Assembly (NCBI GenBank): GCA_013204385.1
Contig: JABMNY010000029.1
Location: 1 to 52,815, forward strand
Source of the DNA: Candidatus Uhrbacteria bacterium
Lineage (GTDB): Bacteria; Patescibacteriota; Patescibacteriia; UBA9934; GWF2-40-263
Reading direction: 5' to 3'
Length of the DNA stretch: 52,815 bases
The notes beneath the pieces were generated by a model. The model worked only from the letters and a program-made list of their open reading frames with translations, searched no databases and was not told the DNA's origin. The position numbers were made by a program, and so were the translations under genes. Shown piece after piece: positions 36,774 through 47,374 of the stretch (the stretch's first letter is position 1; the number at the start of each line of letters is the position of its first letter).

Positions 36774-37532
36774 ATGAGAAAGGTAAAACTGTATACCTGG
36801 CTTCTCTTTGTCTACCTTTTCTTAATTGCCGTCCACGAACTTGCACACGCATACACAGCCGTTTACTTCGGAATTGAAGTAAGGGAAATTTCCCTCGGAT
36901 TTGGACCAACAATCCACACCTTTGAAACAACGGTCGTTCCACTTTCCCTGCGTAGCATTCCGCTTGGTGCATTTGTTACTCTTGCAGGGGAACCAAAACC
37001 ACCAAGCCTGACTTCTGCACAACTTTGTCTCATTGCTCTCGCTGGCCCAGGATTGAATTGGTGCATTGGATTTATGTCTGGAATCTTCTCCCAAAACAGA
37101 AGACTGTTCTACATCAGAACCATGCGTCTTGGATTCACGAATTCCCCAGGACACAATCGAGGCTCCATCATTGAACTACTTAAGTGGTCCCTTCTTGGAC
37201 ACTTCTTCCTCCTTTATATCCTCCTAAGAATGATTTTGAGTTCATGCTTCAATATAGACTCAGAGAAAGCTGCCTTGCAGATTGAAGAACAGTCCTCAAC
37301 GGAATTCATCCAACAGAATCTCAACTCCATCATGACGATTGCATTCGCACTCGGAGCATTCAACATGATGCCCTTGATTCCGGTCGACGGAGGGAGGATC
37401 GTAAAAGAACTCCTCACATGCATCACACCAATGCTTGGGACAATCTTTCAGTTCTTGTCCATTTCTTTGTTCTCACTCGTCTTCACCTACACACTGTTTC
37501 CTTCATTGCTTCATCGCAAGAAGGAACCTTAA
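36774..37532 (+). CDS. Site-2 protease (M50) family metalloprotease
   Basis: HELAH, ISLGFGP, IPLGAFV, ALAGP, NMMPLIPVDGG. Confidence 0.9.
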   Translation: MRKVKLYTWLLFVYLFLIAVHELAHAYTAVYFGIEVREISLGFGPTIHTFETTVVPLSLRSIPLGAFVTLAGEPKPPSLTSAQLCLIALAGPGLNWCIGFMSGIFSQNRRLFYIRTMRLGFTNSPGHNRGSIIELLKWSLLGHFFLLYILLRMILSSCFNIDSEKAALQIEEQSSTEFIQQNLNSIMTIAFALGAFNMMPLIPVDGGRIVKELLTCITPMLGTIFQFLSISLFSLVFTYTLFPSLLHRKKEP

Positions 37533-37555
37533 TCGCTACCCTGGTAGCGATTTTT

Positions 37556-38800
37556 TTATCCCTCACTCTTTGCATGATAATCAACCAACCAATTGATTCC
37601 GAGCGACACGATGGCCGCTACAAAGAATGAGGCACTAATAGAAAAATACGTTGTAACTAGAATAAGAAAAAGAAGCATCACAACACGCCCAATCCCGAGA
37701 GCAATTTCACGTAACACGGTGTATTCATCAATATAGTGACCTGAGTCAGCTGCCTGCTCGTACATGAGTGTATCCATTGGGGTACGCAAGAGAATCGAGC
37801 CAAGATTATGAAACGTAGACGCAGCAAATACACCAACAACCGTCTCCACAAGCCCCTTCCAAACCCAACCAAGTGCATACACACCTGTTCCGAACTTCAA
37901 CATTTTTCCTGGCGAAAATCGATCTGTTTCCTTCCCAACAATCAACTCGAGTACAAACCCAATCGACACAATAATTGCGGCAAACGCTCCAATTTCCAAA
38001 TACTGACCTTCAAAAATCGCGTACAGAAAAATCGGCCAGATGACGACTCCAACAATATTTTCTGCTCCGTAAGCCACCATAGATAGACTCATCCCTCGAA
38101 ACCGTTTCGAAAAGAGACGCTGAAAACTTTCCCAAAAACCAAATTCATACACCACCTTGAATGGAGGTAAAAATAACAACGGAATAACTGAAACTCCTGC
38201 TAACACGAGCCCCAGGAAAAAGTTAATGCGAAATCCATGCTCCATGATCACCCACCCAGCAATAAGCGGAGCGATAACTGTAATGAGTTGTTGAAGCGCA
38301 TACAACTTTGCAAGACTCGCTCCACGCTTCTTCTGTGGACTGAACTCTGTGAAATCAATGTTGAATGGAGCCCAGTAGAATGAAGAAACGAGAGTAAGAC
38401 CAAACATTCCGATTCCCATCAGAAGATAGGGGTGCGTGCTTGGATTTGAACTTAAAAGAAAAAAAGTCCAATAAAACAGCATAATCCCCAAAGTTCCAAT
38501 CACCATACTTGGAACAAGACCGATACGAGAGAATATTTTTGCTGCCCAAATTTGAAACGGAAATTTCACCGCAAAGTTGATTGCATACCAAATGAGAACA
38601 AAGGTGAGTGAAAAATCAAAAAATTCGTAAAGAAAAATGGGGAGAAAAACCCCAACAACACTTGATGCTGAAAAAGAAAGTATTCGATTCATTGCAAGAG
38701 AGGGAAGCGGAGCTCCGTGCGCTAATGAATGACGATGATGTCTAAATGGAAAAGACTGATTCGGATGAGCAATTGGCATAGTAAGGCAAGTATACCCCAA
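37556..38800 (-). CDS. MFS transporter
   Basis: About 12 hydrophobic segments; the start may be a few codons downstream. Confidence 0.8.
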   Translation of the reverse strand: MGYTCLTMPIAHPNQSFPFRHHRHSLAHGAPLPSLAMNRILSFSASSVVGVFLPIFLYEFFDFSLTFVLIWYAINFAVKFPFQIWAAKIFSRIGLVPSMVIGTLGIMLFYWTFFLLSSNPSTHPYLLMGIGMFGLTLVSSFYWAPFNIDFTEFSPQKKRGASLAKLYALQQLITVIAPLIAGWVIMEHGFRINFFLGLVLAGVSVIPLLFLPPFKVVYEFGFWESFQRLFSKRFRGMSLSMVAYGAENIVGVVIWPIFLYAIFEGQYLEIGAFAAIIVSIGFVLELIVGKETDRFSPGKMLKFGTGVYALGWVWKGLVETVVGVFAASTFHNLGSILLRTPMDTLMYEQAADSGHYIDEYTVLREIALGIGRVVMLLFLILVTTYFSISASFFVAAIVSLGINWLVDYHAKSEG

Positions 38801-38938
38801 TTTAAAGAACTCCCTCTATTCTTGACAGTTTTCGGGATTTTGAGGTAGTCTTAGCATGTTATTCATTTATAAAGGACGTTTTCTTGGTTCTAGGAGTGAG
38901 TTCCTAAGACTCGGATTACGCCACGAAATACACACACT

Positions 38939-39202
38939 ATGCTCAGCGCTACAAAAAAGCAGAATCTCATCAAGAAGTTTCGAACACATGATTCCGACAC
39001 AGGTTCCCCTCAGGTCCAGATCGCCATTTTAACAGCTGAAATTGAGGATCTTACGAAGCACTTACGTGACCACAAAAAAGACAACTCTTCACGCCGTGGT
39101 CTCATCAACAAAGTGAATGAACGTCGTCGTCTCATGAAGTATTTGGAACGTGAAGATGGAACCGCTCTTGCAAAGATTAAAGAAGAGCTCAAAATTCGTT
39201 AA
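38939..39202 (+). CDS. rpsO: 30S ribosomal protein S15
   Basis: DTGSPQVQIAILT...HKKDNSSRRGL. Confidence 0.98.
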   Translation: MLSATKKQNLIKKFRTHDSDTGSPQVQIAILTAEIEDLTKHLRDHKKDNSSRRGLINKVNERRRLMKYLEREDGTALAKIKEELKIR

Positions 39203-39290
39203 CCCCCCATACCCCCGCGTATCCCGCGGGGTCTTGGCTTTTATAAGCGGGACTCCCATTTTGGAATCTCAAATCGTTTTTTACAAAACT

Positions 39291-39983
39291 ATGTTTAAAC
39301 ACAAAGACCAACGTGTTGGTGTTTTCATCGACACACAGAACATGTACTACTCAGCGAGAAATCTTTTTAAACGCAAAGTAAACTTTAAAAACATTGTCGA
39401 AGATGCTGTTGCTGGACGCAAACTTATCCGTGCAACCGCCTATGTTGTCTCAACAGAAGGAGGAGAAAATGAACCATTTTTTGAGGCACTTGAAAAAGCA
39501 GGCATTGAAACGAGACGGAAAGCTCTGATTGAATATACCTCGGGACACAAAAAAGGGGATTGGGATGTTGGACTCACAATTGATGCGGTCCAAATGCTCG
39601 ACACACTAGATGTGGTCGTTATTGTTTCTGGAGATGGAGATTTTCAACCTTTGGCAAACTATATTCAAGCTCGCGGAAGAATGGTGGAAGTCATGGCGTT
39701 TGGAAAGACAACTTCATCGAAACTCGCTGAGATGGTAAATGATTACATTGATCTATCAGAAAACCAACGACGATACCTCATAGGACCTAAACTTGAGACT
39801 CGCACAGAGCGACCGCAGACAACCACCACTTCTGATGAAAAAAAGAAGTCGCTTCCAAAAAGATCGACAGAAACGGATGTACAAGAGGAAGATCTAGAAG
39901 ACCCAAGCGATAGCTTTTTTATGGAACTTGATGATTCTGTTTCTGATCAAATAGAGTCTCGAACACGCCGACTTGAGTTCTAG
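39291..39983 (+). CDS. NYN domain (LabA/DUF88) protein
   Basis: VFIDTQN, KGDWDVG, VSGDGDF. Start at ATG 39291. Confidence 0.92.
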   Translation: MFKHKDQRVGVFIDTQNMYYSARNLFKRKVNFKNIVEDAVAGRKLIRATAYVVSTEGGENEPFFEALEKAGIETRRKALIEYTSGHKKGDWDVGLTIDAVQMLDTLDVVVIVSGDGDFQPLANYIQARGRMVEVMAFGKTTSSKLAEMVNDYIDLSENQRRYLIGPKLETRTERPQTTTTSDEKKKSLPKRSTETDVQEEDLEDPSDSFFMELDDSVSDQIESRTRRLEF

Positions 39984-40119
39984 TTTTTAGACAATCTACT
40001 CATGAAGTACATCTGTATTTCATGAGTGACATGGTCTAACAACTAATTCATCCTACAGAATCTCTGAGAACTCGAAGGGAACTTCGATATCTCCCGTTTC
40101 TGTAGGATTAGATACAATT

Positions 40120-42411
40120 ATGAACGAAGCAAAACGTTTCGAAACTCAATGGGGAGGCCGCACTCTTTCTATTGAGGTAGGTAAGTACGCTCAACAAGCA
40201 GGTGGATCCTGTGTGGTTCAGTATGGAGACAGCGTGATTCTCGCAACTGCCACAATGAGTTCTGATGTGCGCGAGGGACTTCCATTCTTCCCGCTCATGG
40301 TGGACTACGAGGAAAAACTTTATGCAGCAGGTCGCATCAAAGGAAGTCGTTTCATGAAAAAAGAAGGACGCCCAACAGATGAAGCTGTTCTTATTTCTCG
40401 ATTCGTCGACCGCGCACTTCGACCACTCTTTGATGACCGCATCCGCAACGACATTCAAATCATCGTCACAGCGCTTTCATTTGATGGAGAAAACGACCCA
40501 GACATTCTTGCACTCATTGGGGCATCTTGCGCCCTGCACATCAGCGACATCCCATGGGGAGGCCCTATTGGATGTGTGCGTGTAGGACACGAAGACGGAA
40601 AGATGATCCTCAACCCAACATATAAAGAACGAGAAACTTCCATTCTTGATTTGAGTTTCGCAGGAACAAGCGAAAAAATCATCATGGTCGAAGCAGGTGG
40701 AAAAGAAACTCCAGAAGAAATAGTTTTGAATGCATTTTGGTTCGGACAAGAAAATATCGATGCTCCTATTAAATTGATTGAAGAAATTCGAACAGCTGTA
40801 GGAAAAGAAAAACGAGACCTTCTAAGTCCAAAAACAGACGAGGAAAAAATGGCTCTTGTAAAAAAGGAGGAGATTGAAACACTCGCACGACCATTCATTC
40901 TCGAGCAAGTGAAAGATTTATTCTTCTCAAATCTTCAAGCAACAAAAGGAGATCGAGGAACTCAGAAAAAGGAAGTAAAGGCTCGAACAAAAACATTTTT
41001 GAAAGAAAAGGGGATTGAATCAGAACACATCCACTTTGGAACCGACATCATCACTGAAGTACTTGAAGCAGAAGTTTCTCGTGCAATTATCGAAGAGGAT
41101 AAACGTGTCGATGGTCGTGGGATTACCGAAATCAGAAAGCTTGTAAATGAAGTCGCCGTACTTCCACGCGTTCATGGATCAGGTCATTTCATGCGTGGGG
41201 AAACACAGGTCCTTACGGTTGTAACCCTTGGTGCGCCTGGTGACGAGCAGACACTCGACGGCATGGAAACCGTTGGCACACAACGCTACTTTCATCACTA
41301 CAACTTCCCTCCATTCTCTGTAGGAGAAGTGAAGCCGATGCGCGGACCTTCACGTCGTGATATCGGGCACGGTGGTCTCGCTGAAAAGGCCTTGATGCCT
41401 ATGATGCCAGATAAGGAAACGTTTCCATACACCGTTCGAGCTGTTTCAGAGGTCTTTGGATCAAACGGATCAAGCTCTATGGGATCAACATGTGGATCAA
41501 CACTCGCCCTCATGGACGCAGGAGTACCGATCAAGGCACCTATTGCAGGACTAGCGATCGGAGTCGCAACGGATGATCAAGGTCGATGGAAGGTGATTAC
41601 AGATCTTCAGGACCTTGAAGATGGAAAGGGTGGAATGGACTTCAAAATTGCCGGTTCACGTGAAGGAATTACCGCCATTCAAATGGACACAAAAACAACT
41701 GGACTTTCGCCAGAGATTGTAAAACAGGCGTTCGCACAAGCACGAGATGCTCGTATAGAGCTCCTTGATGAAATCGCAAAAACGATTGCAGAACCTCGAG
41801 CAGAACTCTCTCCATACGCGCCTCGCATTATCACACTCAAGATCAACCCAGAACTGATCGGAAATGTGATCGGTCCTGGTGGAAAGACTATTAACGGTAT
41901 TATTGCAGACACAGGCGTTCAGGCGATTGATATAGATGACGATGGACTTGTCATGATCACTTCAACGGACGCAGCTGGTGCACAGAAAGCCTTTGACACT
42001 GTTCAACAACTCACCAGAGAGCCAAAAGTTGGTGAAACCTTTAAAGGAAAGGTAACCCGCATCATGGATTTCGGTGCCATTGTCGAATTTCTTCCTAAAC
42101 GTGATGGTATGGTGCATGTCAGCATGCTTGCTCCATGGCGCGTGGAGAACGTAACTGATATCGTAAAGATGGGTGATGAAGTATTCGTTAAAATCATGGA
42201 ACTTTCAGAAGGACGAACCAGTCTTTCAATGAAAGATGCTGAAGGAAATGTCTACCCAGAACGACCAGCAGGTGCTGCAGATTCAGGATCAGCTGGTGGT
42301 CCTCGCTCAGGTGGTCCTCGCTCAGGAGGGCGATCTCATAGCTCAGGTGGGGGACGACCAGGTGGAAGCAGACCTCCTTCTGCTCCACGACCTCCACGAA
42401 GTGATGCTTAA
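40120..42411 (+). CDS. pnp: Polyribonucleotide nucleotidyltransferase
   Basis: Two RNase PH domains (RFVDRALRPLF, SNGSSSMG, DMDFK-like GMDFK), KH and S1 domains. Confidence 0.98.
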   Translation: MNEAKRFETQWGGRTLSIEVGKYAQQAGGSCVVQYGDSVILATATMSSDVREGLPFFPLMVDYEEKLYAAGRIKGSRFMKKEGRPTDEAVLISRFVDRALRPLFDDRIRNDIQIIVTALSFDGENDPDILALIGASCALHISDIPWGGPIGCVRVGHEDGKMILNPTYKERETSILDLSFAGTSEKIIMVEAGGKETPEEIVLNAFWFGQENIDAPIKLIEEIRTAVGKEKRDLLSPKTDEEKMALVKKEEIETLARPFILEQVKDLFFSNLQATKGDRGTQKKEVKARTKTFLKEKGIESEHIHFGTDIITEVLEAEVSRAIIEEDKRVDGRGITEIRKLVNEVAVLPRVHGSGHFMRGETQVLTVVTLGAPGDEQTLDGMETVGTQRYFHHYNFPPFSVGEVKPMRGPSRRDIGHGGLAEKALMPMMPDKETFPYTVRAVSEVFGSNGSSSMGSTCGSTLALMDAGVPIKAPIAGLAIGVATDDQGRWKVITDLQDLEDGKGGMDFKIAGSREGITAIQMDTKTTGLSPEIVKQAFAQARDARIELLDEIAKTIAEPRAELSPYAPRIITLKINPELIGNVIGPGGKTINGIIADTGVQAIDIDDDGLVMITSTDAAGAQKAFDTVQQLTREPKVGETFKGKVTRIMDFGAIVEFLPKRDGMVHVSMLAPWRVENVTDIVKMGDEVFVKIMELSEGRTSLSMKDAEGNVYPERPAGAADSGSAGGPRSGGPRSGGRSHSSGGGRPGGSRPPSAPRPPRSDA

Positions 42412-42412
42412 C

Positions 42413-43696
42413 ATGCAACGACTCAATATTCCATTTTCTCGACATACAACAACAACCCGCCGTAATCGGCGGGTTGTTTGGCTTTTGATAGGCCTATTAG
42501 GAGTTTTTCTCGTTCTTCTGAGTCGAATCGGAATACTTTGGTTTAGTCGAGGGGAAATCCTTTCTCTTGCACCATCCAACACGGTCTTAGCTATCCAGGT
42601 ACAAATCACTCAAACAACCGAACCTTTTCTCTCAAATTGGCTTTCAGGAGTTCCGCTTATCTCAAATCGAAGTATTGAATTTAGTGATATTCTCCCAATG
42701 ACAAAAGGAGAACTCGCTCTCTTTGTAACGAGTTCTGGTGGAAGAAGCATTGCTATTAGAGCCAACAAAAGTGCTATCAATACAGAACTTCTCGAAACCT
42801 ATTCTATTTCCATTCAAGAGAGTGGTTCATTTTTACTTCTTTCTGAAACTCTTCTCCCAATTAGTGGAACAGATCCGTTGGTACACAGATCCTTTTTCCC
42901 CTCAGTAGGAAAAAGATGGTTTGGAAGAGTAGTTCTCCCAGAAGAAGGAATTGGAGGGAACATCTTTTCATCAACCGACAAGCTCTCAATTGAGTTCAAT
43001 ACTGAGAAAAAGCAAATAAAGGAACAGCAAGTCATTCCCAATCTCGGTCTTTCAATTGGAGACCTTATGTGGGGGGAGGAGATTCCACTTACACCTCTTA
43101 CACACCTAATCGAACCGTTTGTCCAAGATGGAGTAGACAAACCATTTTTCCTAAATACAAACTCTCTCCTTAAAGTTTTCATTCAAGAGACGGAAACAGG
43201 AAGAAGGACTCTTATTGTACAAAAAGAGGCAAATCCGGATTCGACAACAATCATTCGTGATCTTCAACTCATTGGAGCATTTTCAAAACCAACAATTAGC
43301 GCGACAACACTCTCTGACGGGACTCTTTATCAAGAAATTGAGGTTCATCCAGATCTTGTAAGTGTCGAAGAAATATCTACAAATCTTGGGCTTTCTTATC
43401 GAGTTTCAACAGAAAACGGCTCCGCTGTTTTTGCAAGTGTCTATGAGAAAGATCTGCTTATATCGGATAGTCAGGAGCTTCTTGAGTCTTACGGGAAGGA
43501 CGCGGTTACGGTAGATGAATCCTCTGTCTGTCTTGCGAACTCAGATTATTTAAACCCATCATTTATTCTTTCTGAAACATCAAGCAATTACTATAATCCA
43601 CAACATAGTTTCTTCTATGAACTTTTTGATCAAATATCTGGTATTTCTCTTGAGTTCAATAAGTATTCAACGATAGTTACTCTGTGTAAAAATTAG
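42413..43696 (+). CDS. Hypothetical membrane-anchored protein
   Basis: N-terminal TM after ATG 42413, immediately downstream of pnp. Confidence 0.7.
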   Translation: MQRLNIPFSRHTTTTRRNRRVVWLLIGLLGVFLVLLSRIGILWFSRGEILSLAPSNTVLAIQVQITQTTEPFLSNWLSGVPLISNRSIEFSDILPMTKGELALFVTSSGGRSIAIRANKSAINTELLETYSISIQESGSFLLLSETLLPISGTDPLVHRSFFPSVGKRWFGRVVLPEEGIGGNIFSSTDKLSIEFNTEKKQIKEQQVIPNLGLSIGDLMWGEEIPLTPLTHLIEPFVQDGVDKPFFLNTNSLLKVFIQETETGRRTLIVQKEANPDSTTIIRDLQLIGAFSKPTISATTLSDGTLYQEIEVHPDLVSVEEISTNLGLSYRVSTENGSAVFASVYEKDLLISDSQELLESYGKDAVTVDESSVCLANSDYLNPSFILSETSSNYYNPQHSFFYELFDQISGISLEFNKYSTIVTLCKN

Positions 43697-43697
43697 G

Positions 43698-43737
43698 TGT
43701 GGATAAACTCTTCATAAGTTCATAAAACTGTGGATAA
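43698..43737. promoter_or_regulatory. Two perfect DnaA boxes
   Basis: TGTGGATAA at 43698-43706 and 43729-43737. Confidence 0.7.
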
Positions 43738-43819
43738 ATAGAGGAGTGTGAACTTTTGTATGAACACCTAATTTCTCATCACGCTCATTATCACACTAAT
43801 ATTAGCGAATATTCATGGA

Positions 43820-43848
43820 TTGACTTAAGGTCAATTTTTTGGTATCAT
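43820..43848 (+). promoter_or_regulatory. Sigma70-type promoter
   Basis: TTGACT, 17-nt spacer, TATCAT. Confidence 0.7.
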
Positions 43849-43856
43849 ACTTGTGT

Positions 43857-44210
43857 AAGTAGTTCTTTCACACCACTCTTGGGAGGTTTTCCGAAACCAC
43901 TTCGCGATTCATCGCCAGACACCCCACGTCTGAGTGATTATTTCGGGGAACGTCCTACCGTCTTTACTGTTCAGCAAACAAAAAACAAAAACAAAAGCGA
44001 AGTTTCTAGGTTCGCTCGCAATTATGACGCACCTTCGGGTGCGCCCGTGAGTAAAACCAATGAATGGTAAGAACGGACGAGTACGATTCTCGCTGGATGA
44101 TTGTGTGTGTCTTAAGGGTATTGAGTCTTGTAACCAAACCACTTGGTTCCAGAACCCAATACCTAAACAGATCCTCATCATACAGCCCTTAGAGGGCACC
44201 CCCACTACTT
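43857..44210 (+). ncRNA. Candidate ~350-nt structured RNA (unassigned)
   Basis: Follows the promoter. Ends pair (aagtagt/actactt), there is a C(UUCG)G hairpin at 44028-44043, and multiple further helices. Confidence 0.5.
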
Positions 44211-44325
44211 CAACAAGCGGGCTTGCCCTCTTTCTATTTCTCAAATTAATTGCTATTCTTAGTTTACTTGATACGTATTTCGTTAATTATTCATACGTTC
44301 TACACCTGATCATAAAAACACTTAT

Positions 44326-44700
44326 ATGGGATCTGATTTTGTCGAGAAAATGAAAACACACCTCGAAGCTGAGAAAATTCGACTAGAAACTGAACTTTCT
44401 CGATTTGCGCATCGAAATACTAAACCTGGCGAACCAGAGTTTCAGTCCGAATTTCCAAATATTGGCGATAAGGAGGATGAAAATGCCTCTGAGGTAGCTC
44501 AATTCTCAGACAACCTCTCACTTGAGGATGAGCTTGAAAAAGCACTTCGAGATGTTGAGTCTGCATTGAAAGTGATTGAAAAAGGGGAATACGGTATCTG
44601 TAAATATTGTCATCAAAAAATTGACGAAAGACGACTCGTCGCTCGACCAACATCAAGTTCATGTATTCAGTGTAAAAAGACACTCACCCAAGAAGTGTGA
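44326..44700 (+). CDS. TraR/DksA C4-type zinc finger protein
   Basis: Coiled coil plus YGICKYC...RLVARP...CIQC. Confidence 0.9.
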   Translation: MGSDFVEKMKTHLEAEKIRLETELSRFAHRNTKPGEPEFQSEFPNIGDKEDENASEVAQFSDNLSLEDELEKALRDVESALKVIEKGEYGICKYCHQKIDERRLVARPTSSSCIQCKKTLTQEV

Positions 44701-45182
44701 AAATAAGCACAAAGCACAATTACTGGACACTATTACCTGTGATGGCCCTCATCATTCTTGATGAATGGTTGAAATACATGGGGATTCAGAAACTTCCTGA
44801 GGAAGGAAGTCTTATCGATCCAGGTCCGATCTCCTTCGCGATACACAAAAATTGGGGAATCGCATTCGATTTCCCTTTCAGACTTGAGTTCATCATCATC
44901 TGTTCTCTACTCATCGGTGCAGGACTGGTTCACATTGCTTACAAAAACAGATATAAACATCCTGACATCACATTAGCTGCGTCAATCATCATTATTGGGG
45001 CGCTTGGAAATCTGTATGATCGTGTCGTTTACGGATTCACTGTCGATTATATTATTCTCTTCGCGCGATCAGCTATTAATCTCTCTGATATTGTGATCGT
45101 TTCTGGAGTCGTCTTACTACTCCTTTCATCAAGACGTACACGAAAAAGTAAACGCACCATTCCAAGCCAACCTGTTTTGTAA
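44697..45182 (+). CDS. lspA: Lipoprotein signal peptidase II
   Basis: NWGIAF, GALGNLYDR, VDYI, NLSD. Confidence 0.9.
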   Translation: MKISTKHNYWTLLPVMALIILDEWLKYMGIQKLPEEGSLIDPGPISFAIHKNWGIAFDFPFRLEFIIICSLLIGAGLVHIAYKNRYKHPDITLAASIIIIGALGNLYDRVVYGFTVDYIILFARSAINLSDIVIVSGVVLLLLSSRRTRKSKRTIPSQPVL

Positions 45183-45260
45183 AGTGAGTTGACAAAACAG
45201 AAAAACAAGATCATCATACCAATATAAATAAACCCCCTCTCTTAACTGAGCTGGGGGTTT

Positions 45261-46772
45261 ATGTTTCACATCACAACAAGCGCCACAATTGGCATTACTT
45301 CAACACTCGTAACAGTAGAAACAGACGTATCGTTTGGTCTTCCGATGTTTTGTCTCGTTGGACTCCCAGACACAACCGTAAAAGAGGCACGCGACCGCAT
45401 TCGAGCGGCGATCAAAAATAGCGGATTCACATTCCCTCGGGGGAGAGTGACCGTGAATCTGGCACCAGCAGACGTTCGTAAACAAGGTCCACTCTACGAT
45501 CTCCCAATAGCCCTTTCGATTCTTCTTGCAACGGGTGATATTCCTAGAAGTGCCGTTGAATCTTGCGTGTTCTTGGGCGAACTTGCCCTAGATGGAAGTG
45601 TACGTCCCGTTCAAGGCGTGCTAACGGCGGCCATTATGGCAAAAACGATTGGTCGCAACTCTCTTTTCGTTCCAGAACAAAACACACAGGAAGCGACCGC
45701 CATTGGTGGTCTGTCTGTTTTTGGAGTTCCTACACTATGCGACGTTGTGGATCATCTGACTGGGACAGCACTTTTAACGCCCACGCAAAAAAGTCCTTCA
45801 CCCATTCAGTTTCACACAACGGATTTTTGTGTCGTGAAGGGACAAGAGGGAGCAAAACGCGCTCTGGAAATTGCGGCCGCTGGAGGACACAATATTCTTC
45901 TCAAAGGACCACCAGGATCAGGCAAAACACTCCTTGCACGATCACTGCCATCCATTCTTCCATCGCTCACCACTGAAGAATCAATCGAGGTTACTGCCAT
46001 CGCCTCTGTCTCAGGCCTACTTCACACAAACCAAGGACTCATTTCCACACGCCCCTTTCGGTCTCCACATCACAGTTCTTCTGCGATCTCGCTCGTAGGA
46101 GGAGGCACATGGCCGAAGCCTGGGGAAGTCTCTTTGGCGCATCGAGGCGTCTTGTTTTTGGACGAACTCCCTGAGTTCTCTCGTTTTGCTCTTGAGCATC
46201 TGCGACAACCACTTGAAGACGGTAACGTGACGATTTCTCGTGCGGTTGGTTCCGTTGTATTTCCCGCACGCTTTCTTCTTGCTGGTGCCATGAACCCATG
46301 CCCATGCGGTCACCTCACGAATCCACACCAGCCATGCACCTGCACAATGAATCAAATTAGTCGCTACCAAAAAAAGATTTCAGGACCTCTGCTTGATCGT
46401 TTCGATCTCATCATTGAAGTTCCAGCCGTAGAGCATGAAAAACTTCTCTCAGATTCAAAGCCAGAATCCTCTGAAATCATTCGAGAACGTGTCGAGCAGG
46501 CAAGAACAGCACAGCTTACTCGGCTCACGCAATTCCAACTCTATACAAACAGCGAAATGGAAGTGAAACACTTGGATGAACTCTGCCCACTCACTCCAGA
46601 AATTAAAGACCTTCTTCAGGTTGCTCTACGCACAAACAAACTCTCCGCTCGCGGATTCATGCGCGTACGCAAAGTCGCTCGTACAATTGCAGATCTTGCA
46701 GGAGAAAAAGACGTTGCCATTGAGCACATCGCAGAAGCGCTTCAATATCGAGAGCAGGTGAAAATCGGATAG
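45261..46772 (+). CDS. comM: YifB/ComM Mg-chelatase-like AAA+ ATPase
   Basis: VNLAPADVRKQG, GPPGSGKT, RPFRSPHH, PGEVSLAHRGVLFLDE, MNPCPCG. Confidence 0.93.
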   Translation: MFHITTSATIGITSTLVTVETDVSFGLPMFCLVGLPDTTVKEARDRIRAAIKNSGFTFPRGRVTVNLAPADVRKQGPLYDLPIALSILLATGDIPRSAVESCVFLGELALDGSVRPVQGVLTAAIMAKTIGRNSLFVPEQNTQEATAIGGLSVFGVPTLCDVVDHLTGTALLTPTQKSPSPIQFHTTDFCVVKGQEGAKRALEIAAAGGHNILLKGPPGSGKTLLARSLPSILPSLTTEESIEVTAIASVSGLLHTNQGLISTRPFRSPHHSSSAISLVGGGTWPKPGEVSLAHRGVLFLDELPEFSRFALEHLRQPLEDGNVTISRAVGSVVFPARFLLAGAMNPCPCGHLTNPHQPCTCTMNQISRYQKKISGPLLDRFDLIIEVPAVEHEKLLSDSKPESSEIIRERVEQARTAQLTRLTQFQLYTNSEMEVKHLDELCPLTPEIKDLLQVALRTNKLSARGFMRVRKVARTIADLAGEKDVAIEHIAEALQYREQVKIG

Positions 46773-46816
46773 TTCATCAAAGATGGCAATCCACATACTT
46801 TTTAAAAAAACCTATA

Positions 46817-46832
46817 TGATCCGATCGGATCA
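46817..46832. repeat. 16-bp palindrome upstream of the PaaX-like gene
   Basis: TGATCCGATCGGATCA. Confidence 0.8.
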
Positions 46833-46846
46833 CTTATGATTAATGT

Positions 46847-47374
46847 ATGAGCAAACGAAACCAGATTCTTCACGAAATCTTGGATGTTCTCTCAGAAGGA
46901 GGTCGGCTTATTTCTGAGTGGATGGAAAATCCACACGCACTACGACGAAGGATTCGTGGAACAATTCCTTCTGCTGAATGGGACAAAATCTTTGAAGATC
47001 AGAGAAAAAATAGAACTCTTCAACAGATAAGAAAGAAAGAATGGATCCAAGATCAAAGAAAAGGGAATGAGGTTGTATTTATTTTAAGTAATGAAGCAAT
47101 CGTAGCGTATTTAACAAATTCAGCAATAAGCGAAAGTCAGAATAATCATACCTTTGAAACCTTGGTTGTTTTTGATATCCCCGAGGTTGCAAGGAAAGCT
47201 CGACAACATTTCAGGAGACTGCTAAAAAAGTTTGGATTTTCACAAATTCAACGAAGTGTTTGGTCATCTATGAATAATATGGGACAACAGATGCAAACTC
47301 TCGTAAAAATTCTCGGAATTGAAAAGTGGGTAAACGTTTACCATGCATCTCTCATAGACAAAACACACAACTGA
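46847..47374 (+). CDS. PaaX-like regulator with a Cas2-like ferredoxin domain
   Basis: VVFDIPEVARKARQHFRRLLKKFGFSQIQRSVW. Confidence 0.75.
   Translation: MSKRNQILHEILDVLSEGGRLISEWMENPHALRRRIRGTIPSAEWDKIFEDQRKNRTLQQIRKKEWIQDQRKGNEVVFILSNEAIVAYLTNSAISESQNNHTFETLVVFDIPEVARKARQHFRRLLKKFGFSQIQRSVWSSMNNMGQQMQTLVKILGIEKWVNVYHASLIDKTHN

Noticed and set aside
43857-44230. RNase P RNA assignment (similar size; GGGGAACGTCC resembles GAGGAAAGTCC)
   Set aside because: I could not find the complementary P4 strand or other universally conserved segments by eye, so it is left unassigned pending an Infernal search.
46847-47374. CRISPR-Cas locus (Cas2-like motif)
   Set aside because: No cas1, effector genes or repeat-spacer array were seen in the window, and the domain fits the PaaX-like family.
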